Source of the DNA: Candidatus Omnitrophota bacterium
Lineage (GTDB): Bacteria; Omnitrophota; Gorgyraeia; Gygaellales; Profunditerraquicolaceae
DNA length: 64,000 bases
Assembly (NCBI GenBank): GCA_028717245.1
Contig: JAQUOD010000007.1
Location: 16,988-80,987, forward strand
Reading direction: 5' to 3'
Positions 18,075 to 27,136 of this stretch are shown one piece after another. Under the pieces are notes generated by a model. That model was not told the DNA's origin, ran no database searches, and worked only from the letters and a program-made list of their open reading frames with translations. Within the stretch, counting starts at the first letter, position 1; every line of letters starts with the position of its first letter. The position numbers and the translations under genes were made by a program.

Positions 18075-19379
18075 TTAATCCTCCCAAAAAATCAGGAAAC
18101 GGAATATCTCCTCGAGACCGAGCGATTTATTTCCCATGAAATATTCCAGGGCCGATTTTTTGCTTTCTACCTTTTTGGGCGCGAGCTTATATGCAAAAAT
18201 AGCCGCATCAACTTCTTCATCATGATATCCCCTGCCAAATTCTTTAGCGAGGATACCGGCGAAGAAGGCGCGGTCCATTTTAGCCTTGGCGGCCTTGGCC
18301 TTTATTCGTTCGATATTTTTAAGCTTTTCTTGTTCGGCTTTTTTCTGCTCAGCCTCTTCGTGCGCCTTATTCTTTTGCTCAAAACACTCCTTATCCAGGC
18401 AGAGCTCTTTTTTTACCTTTTTGTTTCCGCTGCCATATTGATCCTTAACCAGGGCGACTTTGCGATTAGCGCATTTAACGCAGGCCTTGATATCAAAGCG
18501 GGCATGCCTTAAATCCTGACAGTCTTTGGGGAGCGCGTCTTCTTTAACTACCCTGCCGGAATCAATAGCCTTTTTTATGCGCGTGCTCTCTTCTTTAACC
18601 TTAACGCCCTGTTTCTCTTTCCAGCAATCCGGATTAAAGCAGCGCTTTTTCTTGCCTTCCCAGCCTATATCTACCAGGCGGTTAAGGCCGCATTTTTCGC
18701 AGGGAGTTAAATCGAATTTGGGATCGTCTCCGCCATACTGGCTTTTATATAATGGCTTGGTATGCCTGCGGATGACGTCCTTGGACATGTCGTCAAACTG
18801 GCGCACCGTGATATCCCCGTATTGTTTTATCTGCTCCTTAAGCCGGGTAACCAGGTTATCAATGATCTTCTTGCCGGCATTCTTAAAGATAAGCAGGTAT
18901 TTCGCGTGCCCGGGAAGCAGGGTGCCATTCTCAAGAAAGGCCATTAAGTCCTGCGGGATGTCCAAAAGCGCAAGGCGCAAAGCGATATAACTTTGGCTCT
19001 TGCCTATCTTGGCGGCAAGGGCTTCCTGCTTTAGTTTGCAGATATCAATAAGCTGCTTAAATCCAGTTGCCTCTTCTATGGGCGTTAAGTCATCGCGTTG
19101 GATGTTTTCGATAAGCTGCAATTCGATGACTTCGGAATCGCTAAATTCCTGTTCTATTGCCGGGATAACGGTCAGCTTAGCCTCTTTTGCCGCCTTGAAG
19201 CGCCGCTCCCCGCAGACAAGCTCAAAGCGGTGAGGTATGCCCTTTTTGGGGCGCACAAGAACTGGCTCAAGGACCCCGCGGCGTTTTATAGACTCTACCA
19301 GTTCCTTGAATTTTTCCTCATTGACATGCTTCCTTGGATTTGTTCCGGTTAAACTAATATATTCAAGCTTTAGATCCAT
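18075..19379 (-). CDS. ParB-like nuclease domain protein with C-terminal Zn-ribbon and coiled-coil region
   Basis: N-terminal VRPKKG...ELVCGERRFKAAK and IENIQRDDLTPIEEA match ParB box motifs. C-terminal Cys pairs (CEKCG...CFNPDC, CVKCA...C) are present. Confidence 0.7.
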   Translation of the reverse strand: MDLKLEYISLTGTNPRKHVNEEKFKELVESIKRRGVLEPVLVRPKKGIPHRFELVCGERRFKAAKEAKLTVIPAIEQEFSDSEVIELQLIENIQRDDLTPIEEATGFKQLIDICKLKQEALAAKIGKSQSYIALRLALLDIPQDLMAFLENGTLLPGHAKYLLIFKNAGKKIIDNLVTRLKEQIKQYGDITVRQFDDMSKDVIRRHTKPLYKSQYGGDDPKFDLTPCEKCGLNRLVDIGWEGKKKRCFNPDCWKEKQGVKVKEESTRIKKAIDSGRVVKEDALPKDCQDLRHARFDIKACVKCANRKVALVKDQYGSGNKKVKKELCLDKECFEQKNKAHEEAEQKKAEQEKLKNIERIKAKAAKAKMDRAFFAGILAKEFGRGYHDEEVDAAIFAYKLAPKKVESKKSALEYFMGNKSLGLEEIFRFLIFWED

Positions 19380-20304
19380 TCCCTTCCCCTCCTTTTTCTA
19401 TAACAGTTGCTACCAGTCCTGCAAGCTGGTTTTGGTTTTTCCTGCCTTCTTCTATAAGTTCACGCTGCGCCTCCAGAAACCCCCTACCGCTATCTTGCGG
19501 CCACCGGCGCTTTAAGAAACGCTCCACCTGCCCCCAGGATTCCCTGGGGATATCGCGTAAAAAGGCCTTTATCATATCTTTAGTCGCGATCCTGCCAAAG
19601 CGGACGTTAAGCGCCTCTTCGGATATGATTGGAGCATTAGCGAATTGAGTTGATTTGGGATGGTTGAGCCAATTTACTATAAACCTTTTAAAATCTCGTT
19701 TCTGTTTATCCGGCCGGGTATTAGATATAAGCCAGGCATGCGCCTTATTAAGCTCTTCTTCAAGGTTTACTTTTGGATAAAACTTCTTAAGGCTGGTTAG
19801 CCAGGCCTGGTCAGGGTTGTTAAAGAACCTGTTTACCCCTTCTATATACTTATCTATAGTAGATGTATCTATAGTAGAAGGATCTATATGGTCTTGACAC
19901 TTGAGTCCAGACCCTCTTGACATTTGGGTCAAGACCCTCTTGACATTTGGGTCAAGACCCCCCCTTGTTTTGTTACTTAGTAGGCAGGCCAGGATTTCCC
20001 CATTAAACCGGTAAAAAGTGCGGTTTCCGGCCCCCTGGAAGACCTTAAATTCCACGATTTTAGCCTGTTCAATATTACGTAACCTGCGGCGCAGGGCCAT
20101 CTTATTGTTTATTCCCAGGATAGGGATATCTTCTATGACGGTCTGGTAATTGACCCAAAAATACTCTTTTTCTTCCCAGTAGTGCTTCTCCATCCTGTTG
20201 GTATTGTAGAAGTCCAGCATCCAGCGCAGCAGGACCAGGTCTATGGCATCTAAGCCTAGCCTTAATGCTATCTCCTGCGAAAAGCCTTCTATGGTATATT
20301 TCAT
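19363..20304 (-). CDS. Replication initiator-like protein (lambda O-like organisation, with iterons inside the gene)
   Basis: N-terminal HTH-like region. A central low-complexity linker is encoded by 15 bp and 23 bp tandem repeats. A basic C-terminal domain follows. The gene lies next to a ParB-like gene. Confidence 0.4.
   Translation of the reverse strand: MKYTIEGFSQEIALRLGLDAIDLVLLRWMLDFYNTNRMEKHYWEEKEYFWVNYQTVIEDIPILGINNKMALRRRLRNIEQAKIVEFKVFQGAGNRTFYRFNGEILACLLSNKTRGGLDPNVKRVLTQMSRGSGLKCQDHIDPSTIDTSTIDKYIEGVNRFFNNPDQAWLTSLKKFYPKVNLEEELNKAHAWLISNTRPDKQKRDFKRFIVNWLNHPKSTQFANAPIISEEALNVRFGRIATKDMIKAFLRDIPRESWGQVERFLKRRWPQDSGRGFLEAQRELIEEGRKNQNQLAGLVATVIEKGGEGNGSKA
19850..19959. repeat. Iteron-like direct repeats (putative ori) inside the rep-like gene
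   Basis: TATCTATAGTAGA occurs twice, 15 bp apart, followed by a degenerate third copy (GATCTATATGG). Three 23 bp units follow, a degenerate first copy (GTCTTGACACTTGAGTCCAGACC) then two perfect copies of CTCTTGACATTTGGGTCAAGACC (19891-19959). Each unit carries an internal inverted repeat TCTTGAC/GTCAAGA. Confidence 0.6.
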
Positions 20305-20307
20305 AGC

Positions 20308-20667
20308 CTAAAATATTACCAGCTGGCCGGAAGACTGGACTAGGAATTCCGGTTGGTTTACCTGATCCCTTATCTTTTTTATGGCGCGTTTTTGGATATT
20401 GTAGGTATGCAGCATGTCAAATAATTCACCCCTGAAAGTATCCAGGCATTCGTTGGCTTCTTGTTCGGTAGAAGGTATATAATACCCGCAAGGGGGTTCC
20501 TTAGAGGACCCTATAAAATAGCCTTCCTTGCGCAACAGGCGCACCATTTCGTTTACTTCTCGGATATTTAAATCGAATATAACGGCGAGGTCTATTGCCC
20601 TTTTTGCGGAACTGCGGCCATAACAATGGGACCTTAGGTATTGGTATACTGCGTCTTTCGTCAGCAA
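20308..20667 (-). CDS. Hypothetical protein (possible HTH regulator)
   Basis: 119 aa directly downstream of the rep-like gene. Confidence 0.3.
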   Translation of the reverse strand: MLTKDAVYQYLRSHCYGRSSAKRAIDLAVIFDLNIREVNEMVRLLRKEGYFIGSSKEPPCGYYIPSTEQEANECLDTFRGELFDMLHTYNIQKRAIKKIRDQVNQPEFLVQSSGQLVIF

Positions 20668-20969
20668 CTCTTCACCATAAATTTATTAGTTTGTCTTTTT
20701 CTTTATTGAAATAGGATTATAATATGTTATAGGGCAAGGGTGGGAGTCAAGCCCACCCCCGTAAACGATGCGCCGATAAGAGGGTAAAACTCTTCCAAGA
20801 ACTCGTTTTTCTTGGATAGGCGCGTCGCTGCCCTTCTCTCCTATCTTTTATTTAAAAGAGCAATTAAAATAATAATGCTGGAAACCGCAAAACAAATCAA
20901 TATGACTATTGCGTTGAAAATATTATCTCTTAATCGGCGCTGATAATAAGTGGACATTTTTCTCCCCTC

Positions 20970-21530
20970 CTATCGTTTCCGGGCAAACAATGTAGCTTTA
21001 AGATGAATAGAATTTTTTACATATTGCAAATTAAGCCCTTTGCCCGGGCACTTTTCATGATGGGGGAATATTTCTTTAACACCCAAATTATTTAACAAAA
21101 AAACCAGGCTCTTTGTTTGGGTGGGGGTAAAGGTATCGTATCCGGTTAAGCAGATACCTATGTAATGATTCCTGCCCTTTGCATGCGCGCCTTTTTTAGA
21201 GAGTGGCCTTCCCTTTTCGATTTTGCCGTCCACCCTGATTACAAAATGGTATCCGATTCCGCTCCAACCTCTTTCCTTGTGCCATTTATCGATAGTTTTC
21301 GCGGATACGTCCGGACTTGCTGAATGATGGATAACTGCCCTGGTTAAATCCATCTCCTCCGCGCATGCTATTGCCGAAATCATAAATAAGATAAATAAAA
21401 TAACCCCGGCGCCTGGGAGCTTATGCAACCTTTCGGAAGCATAAAAAAACCGCAGAATTCCGTTAAAAGAATTGCGGTCTTTAACCGGGGCGTTTAATAG
21501 CTTATTTTTGACTCCCAGGGCTTTCTGCAT
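20970..21530 (-). CDS. N-acetylmuramoyl-L-alanine amidase (Amidase_2/PGRP fold) with N-terminal signal/TM segment
   Basis: HHSASPD...GIGYHFVI...GAHAKGRNHYIGICLTG are the Zn-binding His and conserved blocks of AmpD/PGRP-type amidases. Confidence 0.7.
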   Translation of the reverse strand: MQKALGVKNKLLNAPVKDRNSFNGILRFFYASERLHKLPGAGVILFILFMISAIACAEEMDLTRAVIHHSASPDVSAKTIDKWHKERGWSGIGYHFVIRVDGKIEKGRPLSKKGAHAKGRNHYIGICLTGYDTFTPTQTKSLVFLLNNLGVKEIFPHHEKCPGKGLNLQYVKNSIHLKATLFARKR

Positions 21531-21610
21531 TAGTACCTTTTTATTTTACAATTCCCCCTCCTTTTCCTTTTTTTTCTTTACCAATCAATATTTTAGATTA
21601 TAATAAGGCT

Positions 21611-23488
21611 ATGCTTTACGACCGTTTCCAGCAAGAAGCGATTGACTATATCAACCAGGGCCACTCCGTAATCGTCTCAGCCCCCACAGGCGCCGGCAAG
21701 ACCGCCATAGCAGAACATGTAATTTCCGAATGCATCCACTGTAAAGTCGGGGTCATCTATACCGCTCCCATCAAAGCCCTCTCCAACCAGAAATTCCGCG
21801 ATTTTGAAAGCCAATTCGGGGATGATATCGGCATCTTAACCGGAGACGTATCCTTAAACGCGGGCGCGCCGGTGCTCATCATGACTACGGAAATATTCCG
21901 CAATAAAATCCTGGATGAACCAGAGAGCCTGAAGCGCTATTCCTGGGTTATCTTTGACGAAGTGCATTACCTGGATAACCCCGAACGCGGCACGGTCTGG
22001 GAAGAATCCCTGATGCTTTTACCTGCCCACATGAAGATACTCTGCCTCTCTGCCACCATACCCAATATCAATCAGTTGGCTGCTTGGATTGAATCCATAC
22101 ACAATAAGCCCGTCGAGAAAGTCATCGAAGAAAAGAGGCCTGTGCCATTACATTTCTTCTTTCAGTGCCAGAACGAAATCGTAGATAATATCAATGCCTT
22201 AAAAAAATTGGGGCCCGGCCGGCCGAATAAAATGGCCGCGCTGATTAACTACATCCGCCAGAAAGAAGGCCTGGCCTGCATCTATTTTGTTTTCGGAAGA
22301 AGAAGGGCCGAAGAACTGGCACAGGAACTATATAGTTACGATTTCCTGAATGTTAAGCAGAGGCAGGAGATTTTATCTTTGTATGATTCCCTCTGCGAAC
22401 GCTTTGACTTAAAACACGAAAAATCCGCGCAGGAATTATATTCCCTGATCCAAAAAGGCGTTGCTTATCATCATGCCGGAATGCTGCCCACCTTAAAAGA
22501 AGTAGTGGAAAGATTATTTACCAGCCGGCTCTTAAAAGTTATCTTCACCACCGAAACCTTTGCCTTGGGTATTAATATGCCCAGCCGAACGGTCGTCTTT
22601 GATGACTTAAGGAAATTCTACGGCCGTTATATGCGCACCTTAAAAACGCGCGACTTCTATCAGATGGCCGGGCGTGCCGGCCGGCGCGGAATAGATAAAG
22701 AGGGCTTTGTTTACTGCCGGGTCAATCCGGCGCGGATAAATATGGAGGAAGTAAAACGCATCATCTACGGAAAATCAGAGGAAGTAAAGAGCCAGTTCAA
22801 CACCTCTTATGCCACAATCTTAAACCTGTACGAGAAACATCAAGAAGGCCTTTATAAAATTTATCCTCTCTCCCTGCATTATTTTCAGTCCAAGAAATAC
22901 GAGCAGAAAGAAGCGCTGCGTTTAATTGAGGCAAAATTAAAACTACTCAAGGAGCTGGGTTACATAGAAAACAACGCCTTGACCCAGAAAGGCCAATTCG
23001 CCAAAACCGTCTATGGTTATGAATTAATCCTCTCTGAACTCTATGCGCAGAATATCTTAGAGCAGCTGGATGAATTCGGCCTGGGGATTCTGGCAGTAGC
23101 GGCGGTCTTTGAGCCCAGAAAGAACCAACATATGCCGCACCTCTCTAAGGCCGCGCGCAAAATAAAGCGGGTCTGCGAAGAGATATACGAAAAGATAAAA
23201 GCCAAGGAATTAAAATACCGGATTTATCCTTTCAGTAAACAGCCTACCTTTAATTTAAGCGGCGGTATTGAAGGGTGGCTGCGCGGGACAAACTTCGATA
23301 AAACCCTGCAATTCACGGATACCGACGAAGGCGAGGTCGTGCGTTACTTCCGCATGGCTATCCAGATTTTAAGGGAAGTTTCCGACGCGCCGGTTGCCTC
23401 TTATGTCCTCAAAGAAAAAATCAAAGAAACCGTCCGCGTGATTAACCGCGATATCGTAGATGCGGAAAAGCAGCTGCGCGAAGGTTAA
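21611..23488 (+). CDS. DEAD/DEAH-box SF2 helicase (Ski2/Lhr-like)
   Basis: Walker A APTGAGKTAIAE, DEVHYL (DExH), SATIPN, a C-terminal HAGM...TTETFALGINMP block and MAGRAGRRG motif VI. This is the only long plus-strand gene in the window. Confidence 0.8.
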   Translation: MLYDRFQQEAIDYINQGHSVIVSAPTGAGKTAIAEHVISECIHCKVGVIYTAPIKALSNQKFRDFESQFGDDIGILTGDVSLNAGAPVLIMTTEIFRNKILDEPESLKRYSWVIFDEVHYLDNPERGTVWEESLMLLPAHMKILCLSATIPNINQLAAWIESIHNKPVEKVIEEKRPVPLHFFFQCQNEIVDNINALKKLGPGRPNKMAALINYIRQKEGLACIYFVFGRRRAEELAQELYSYDFLNVKQRQEILSLYDSLCERFDLKHEKSAQELYSLIQKGVAYHHAGMLPTLKEVVERLFTSRLLKVIFTTETFALGINMPSRTVVFDDLRKFYGRYMRTLKTRDFYQMAGRAGRRGIDKEGFVYCRVNPARINMEEVKRIIYGKSEEVKSQFNTSYATILNLYEKHQEGLYKIYPLSLHYFQSKKYEQKEALRLIEAKLKLLKELGYIENNALTQKGQFAKTVYGYELILSELYAQNILEQLDEFGLGILAVAAVFEPRKNQHMPHLSKAARKIKRVCEEIYEKIKAKELKYRIYPFSKQPTFNLSGGIEGWLRGTNFDKTLQFTDTDEGEVVRYFRMAIQILREVSDAPVASYVLKEKIKETVRVINRDIVDAEKQLREG

Positions 23489-23687
23489 ACCAACAGGGAC
23501 TGTCCCCGCAGATATCAAACCTAATTAGAAACCAACAGGGACTATCCCTAATTTTTTAGCGGGTCCTGTCTTGGCTTGTTCTCGCAACGAGGTAGCGGGT
23601 CCTGCCGAGCAGGACGAAGCGAACCTTGCCCGCTCAAATTTTCAACGTGCTGTTCAAAGCCCGCCTCGTCACCCGCTAAAAAATAAA

Positions 23688-23726
23688 AAATCCCAAGCAG
23701 AATTCAGCTTGGGATTACAAATTAGT
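23688..23726 (-). terminator. Intrinsic terminator downstream of the YjbQ-like gene
   Basis: AATCCCAAGC-tgaattc-GCTTGGGATT hairpin followed by TTTTTTATTTTTT on the minus strand. Confidence 0.55.
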
Positions 23727-23768
23727 AAAATAGGGAAACACGACGTTTTATCAGGAAAGAAACGCGTC

Positions 23769-24212
23769 CTAATCGCCTATTATCTTTATTAAGACCCGCT
23801 TTTTGCGCTGGCCGTCGAATTCGCCGTAAAATATCTGTTCCCACGGGCCAAAGTCAAGCTTGCTATTGGTAATTGCCACGGTAACTTCTCTGCCCATTAT
23901 TGTTCTTTTCAGGTGGGCATCCCCGTTATCCTCACCAGAAAAGTTGTGCTTATATTTATCTTTACCGTATGGCGCGAGCTTTTCCAACCAGCTGCTGAAA
24001 TCGCTATGCAGGCCTGACTCGTCATCATTGATAAAAACAGAACTGGTTATATGCATGGCATTAACAAGGCAAAGCCCTTCCTTAACTGCGCCTTCCTTAA
24101 CTGCTTCTGCCACCTGCGGGGTTATGTTTATAAATTCCTGCCGGTTTTTTGTATTAAACCATAAATATTGAGTATGAGACTTCATTTTTCTTTCAACGCC
24201 CTGATCGCCCAA
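23769..24212 (-). CDS. YjbQ/UPF0047 family protein (secondary thiamine-phosphate synthase-like)
   Basis: [28 protein letters not shown] is the characteristic YjbQ block. Confidence 0.55.
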   Translation of the reverse strand: MGDQGVERKMKSHTQYLWFNTKNRQEFINITPQVAEAVKEGAVKEGLCLVNAMHITSSVFINDDESGLHSDFSSWLEKLAPYGKDKYKHNFSGEDNGDAHLKRTIMGREVTVAITNSKLDFGPWEQIFYGEFDGQRKKRVLIKIIGD

Positions 24213-24466
24213 AGGACAAAACGAATAAAGGCAATAACAGGATAACCAAATATAGCTATGTTTAAGCCAAAAGACATCATCCTGATATATGGAGTATAAC
24301 CCAGGAGGGAATATTGCATATTTTGCATGACTTTGAATTTGGCTTCCTGGTGCTGGATGAGATAAACATTATTGAAATGCCTGGCTATAAAATATACAGC
24401 TAGTCCTGTGATTACGATTCCCAATAAAATTAACCCTTCTCTTGCTACGGTTTTCTTATTGTTCAT
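24182..24466 (-). CDS. Small membrane protein
   Basis: 94 aa with two predicted TM helices. Confidence 0.3.
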   Translation of the reverse strand: MNNKKTVAREGLILLGIVITGLAVYFIARHFNNVYLIQHQEAKFKVMQNMQYSLLGYTPYIRMMSFGLNIAIFGYPVIAFIRFVLWAIRALKEK

Positions 24467-24526
24467 CTGATTATGCTCCTCATATTGTACAGGTTTATTG
24501 TAACGCTAAGTGAGCATTTGTCAAAC

Positions 24527-24557
24527 AAATAAGGCGCCGATTTCCGGCGCCTTATTG
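24527..24557. terminator. Intrinsic terminator hairpin
   Basis: AATAAGGCGCCG-gaaat-CGGCGCCTTATT perfect stem, followed by TTTGTTTG on the minus strand downstream of the lipoprotein gene. Confidence 0.55.
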
Positions 24558-24584
24558 TGGCTTTAAACCAATTACTTCTTATGC

Positions 24585-25004
24585 TTAAGGGTTTACAGGT
24601 GCAGGTTCTGTTGTGGGTGTTTGAGGCAATTCCGGCGCTGGCGTAGGAGTTGATGCCGGGGCTTGTTCCGAAACCGGCGCTGATTCAGGTGCTGGTGCCG
24701 GCGCTTGAGCTGGTGCGGGTTCAGAAGCTGGTGTCACAACTGAAACGCTAATACTCTGTTTTACCGCATCCAGTTCTTTCTTAACATTAGCCAATTCTTC
24801 TTTAGTGCCGGACAGTTCCTTTTCTTTAACATCCAACTGATCAGTAAGCGTCTTTATCTGGGTGTCTTTCTGCTGGATTACCTGATTCAACTGGCTGACT
24901 TCACTCTGAAGCTGCTTTACCTTTCCCGCTTCACATCCGTTAAAAAGAAGTACGGCTACTGCTAAACCTAAAACCATAAACATAATTCCCTTGCTCTTCA
25001 TCAT
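24585..25004 (-). CDS. Lipoprotein with coiled-coil region and Pro/Ala-rich C-terminus
   Basis: Signal peptide with lipobox LLFNGC, a heptad-like Q/L/K region, then PAPAQAPAP repeats. Confidence 0.45.
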   Translation of the reverse strand: MMKSKGIMFMVLGLAVAVLLFNGCEAGKVKQLQSEVSQLNQVIQQKDTQIKTLTDQLDVKEKELSGTKEELANVKKELDAVKQSISVSVVTPASEPAPAQAPAPAPESAPVSEQAPASTPTPAPELPQTPTTEPAPVNP

Positions 25005-25153
25005 TGCTCCTCCTTTATTGTAGGTTTTATTTTAGCGCTAAATAATGTTTTGTCAATGAAGTTTATAACTAGTAGGTTTTTAGTCTATTTTAGCAGAGTG
25101 TACCCTGCCTATGCCATTTGGTTTCTGGCGGAATTTCCGGATAAACGAAGCTC

Positions 25154-27136
25154 TTATTTTCTGAAAGGGGCCAATAACAGCGAGGTATTGGACTTTCTGA
25201 TTACAGCGTGCGCTACGCCTCCAATGAATACTTCTTCAATCCAACCTCGTCCCTGCGTACCCATAATAACCAAATTATAATCCTTACTGTTAATTTCATT
25301 GATAATCAATTGCTTAGTGTGGCCCGTTTCAAGTTTTGTAATTACATTTTTTGCCCCCGCGTTCAACAAAGATTCTTTTAACGTATTTAGCCTCCCGGTA
25401 TCTATGCGATTAAATTCCTCTAATTTGTGGCTAAGATGCGGGAATAAAATGTTTTTGTCCTGGATATGGTATAGGGTAACTATAGGATTGTAGTTACTAA
25501 CAACGTTTCCTAGAGTAGCAAAGGCGGCTTTTGCGTTTTCTGAAAAATCCGTAGGGAAAAGTATATTCCCGGAGAATACGAGAGGGCAAACCGTATGTTT
25601 TTCTCCTTTACATTTAATAAGGAGGGCGGGTACGGTAAGGTTCCTTATGATGCTGTCCGAAACGCTACCCAAGAGCATTTCTTTGCCTAAACTTTTACTA
25701 TGCGAACCCAAGACTAATAATTGATAATTTTCTTCGGCGATAAGGCGGTTTATTTCCATAAAAGGGATACCATACAAAAACTCATAAGATGCATCTATCC
25801 CTGTGACTTTTAACCTTTCAACCTGTTCTTCAATAACCGGCTTATGCGCTTTTTCAATCACATCCTCAATGCCCCCGGCAGTTTCTACAGAGATAACGTG
25901 CACTAATTTCGCTGTTTTCGTAAAATCTTTCCCTTCCTTTGCAACGCACTCCACAACTTCGTTAGAGGCTTCGGATAAATCAGTAGCAATAAGTGTTTTT
26001 TTCCAAAGGAGTTTTCTTCCTTTTATCATTGTCACCTCCGGGTGTATTCTTTCTCCTGCGGCGAACCAAAGACGGGTCCTATTGGAAAATTTGACCAAGC
26101 TAAGCATTATGGGCACCTCTGTTAAAACCCCTACTACAGTAGCCAAGGCCGCACCGCTCTTTAAACCGAAAAGAGAAATAGCAACTGCTACTGCCAGCTC
26201 AAAAAAGTTGCTTGCGCCAATAAGCGCTGCCGGAGAAGCAATTGAATGCTCCACTCGCCACTTCCTTGCCCAGAAATAACCGACGGCAAAAATAAAATAT
26301 GTCTGGATAGTAAGAGGAATGGCGATTAAAAAAATGTGTAACGGGTTTTCGATTATAATCTTGCCCTGAAACGCAAAGAGCAAGATCAAAGTCAAAAGGA
26401 GCCCTAAAATCGTGACTGGTTTTAATATCTTCAAGAATACATTTTCGAACCAGGCAACACCTTTATGCTTTATAAGCTGCTGCCTGGAAATATAACCACT
26501 CGCTAAAGGCACGACAACAAAAAGAATGGTAGAATATATTAGGGTATCATAAGGCACCGTTATTTGGTTTACCCCCAGCAGAAATTTAACGATAGGGACA
26601 AAAGCTATTAAAATTACAAGGTCATTAACAGCAACTTGAACCAGCGTATGGGCAGGGTTTCCTTTAGTCAAATAACTCCAGACAAAAACCATTGCCGTAC
26701 AGGGAGCGGCGCCCAAGAGGATTGCCCCGGCTATATATTCCTTAGCCAATACAGGATTTATAAATGCGGAAAATAAATATTTCAAAAAGACCACGGCAAA
26801 TACAGCCATGGTAAATGGTTTTATAATCCAATTAACCACCAAAGTTATTGCCAATCCTTTTGGTTTTTTACCGACTTTGACAATACTTGAAAAATCAATC
26901 TGCACCATCATAGGATAGATCATTAACCAGATAAGAATAGCAACCGGTATGTTAACTTTAGCTACCTCAATCCGATTCAAAAAATCTACTGCTTGCGGAA
27001 ATACTTTACCGAAAAGAATACCGCAAATAATACACAAAATTACCCATATAGAAAGATAACGTTCAAAAATAGGCAACTTTACACTAACGCTATTTGCCGA
27101 CATAAGGACCTCCTTAAATTCCCAAAGCCCCTGCAA
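25154..27136 (-). CDS. acr3: Arsenite efflux permease ACR3 fused to two universal stress protein (UspA) domains
   Basis: N-terminal ~350 aa is polytopic with ACR3/BART-superfamily features. The C-terminal ~300 aa has two Usp-like repeats (LVLGSHS...GSVS and LVIMGTQGRG...GGVAHAV). Confidence 0.7.
   Translation of the reverse strand: MQGLWEFKEVLMSANSVSVKLPIFERYLSIWVILCIICGILFGKVFPQAVDFLNRIEVAKVNIPVAILIWLMIYPMMVQIDFSSIVKVGKKPKGLAITLVVNWIIKPFTMAVFAVVFLKYLFSAFINPVLAKEYIAGAILLGAAPCTAMVFVWSYLTKGNPAHTLVQVAVNDLVILIAFVPIVKFLLGVNQITVPYDTLIYSTILFVVVPLASGYISRQQLIKHKGVAWFENVFLKILKPVTILGLLLTLILLFAFQGKIIIENPLHIFLIAIPLTIQTYFIFAVGYFWARKWRVEHSIASPAALIGASNFFELAVAVAISLFGLKSGAALATVVGVLTEVPIMLSLVKFSNRTRLWFAAGERIHPEVTMIKGRKLLWKKTLIATDLSEASNEVVECVAKEGKDFTKTAKLVHVISVETAGGIEDVIEKAHKPVIEEQVERLKVTGIDASYEFLYGIPFMEINRLIAEENYQLLVLGSHSKSLGKEMLLGSVSDSIIRNLTVPALLIKCKGEKHTVCPLVFSGNILFPTDFSENAKAAFATLGNVVSNYNPIVTLYHIQDKNILFPHLSHKLEEFNRIDTGRLNTLKESLLNAGAKNVITKLETGHTKQLIINEINSKDYNLVIMGTQGRGWIEEVFIGGVAHAVIRKSNTSLLLAPFRK

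Larger units (their letters stand above)
1..23500. mobile_element. Phage-like element (prophage or phage-plasmid), left end outside the window
   Basis: Head and packaging module, HNH, ParB-methyltransferase, RusA, Gp37/68, ParB, rep with iterons, amidase and helicase, with an embedded atypical tRNA. No integrase or att boundary is visible inside the window. The right limit is a guess based on the repeat-rich convergent gap after the helicase. Confidence 0.55.

Noticed and set aside
21531-21610. Leaderless transcription of the helicase gene from a TTTACC-N17-TATAAT promoter ending 6 nt before its ATG
   Set aside because: It is plausible from spacing, but the evidence is only a single promoter-like match in AT-rich DNA, which is too weak to report as a feature.
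23571-23792. Plus-strand 73 aa ORF in the convergent helicase/YjbQ intergenic region
   Set aside because: It spans terminator hairpins and repeats, has no RBS, and shows no protein-like composition.
24585-25004. The Pro/Ala-rich C-terminus of the lipoprotein as a sign of a surface-variable repeat protein
   Set aside because: It is a simple low-complexity tail and no nucleotide-level tandem repeat array is visible, so it is treated as an ordinary lipoprotein linker.
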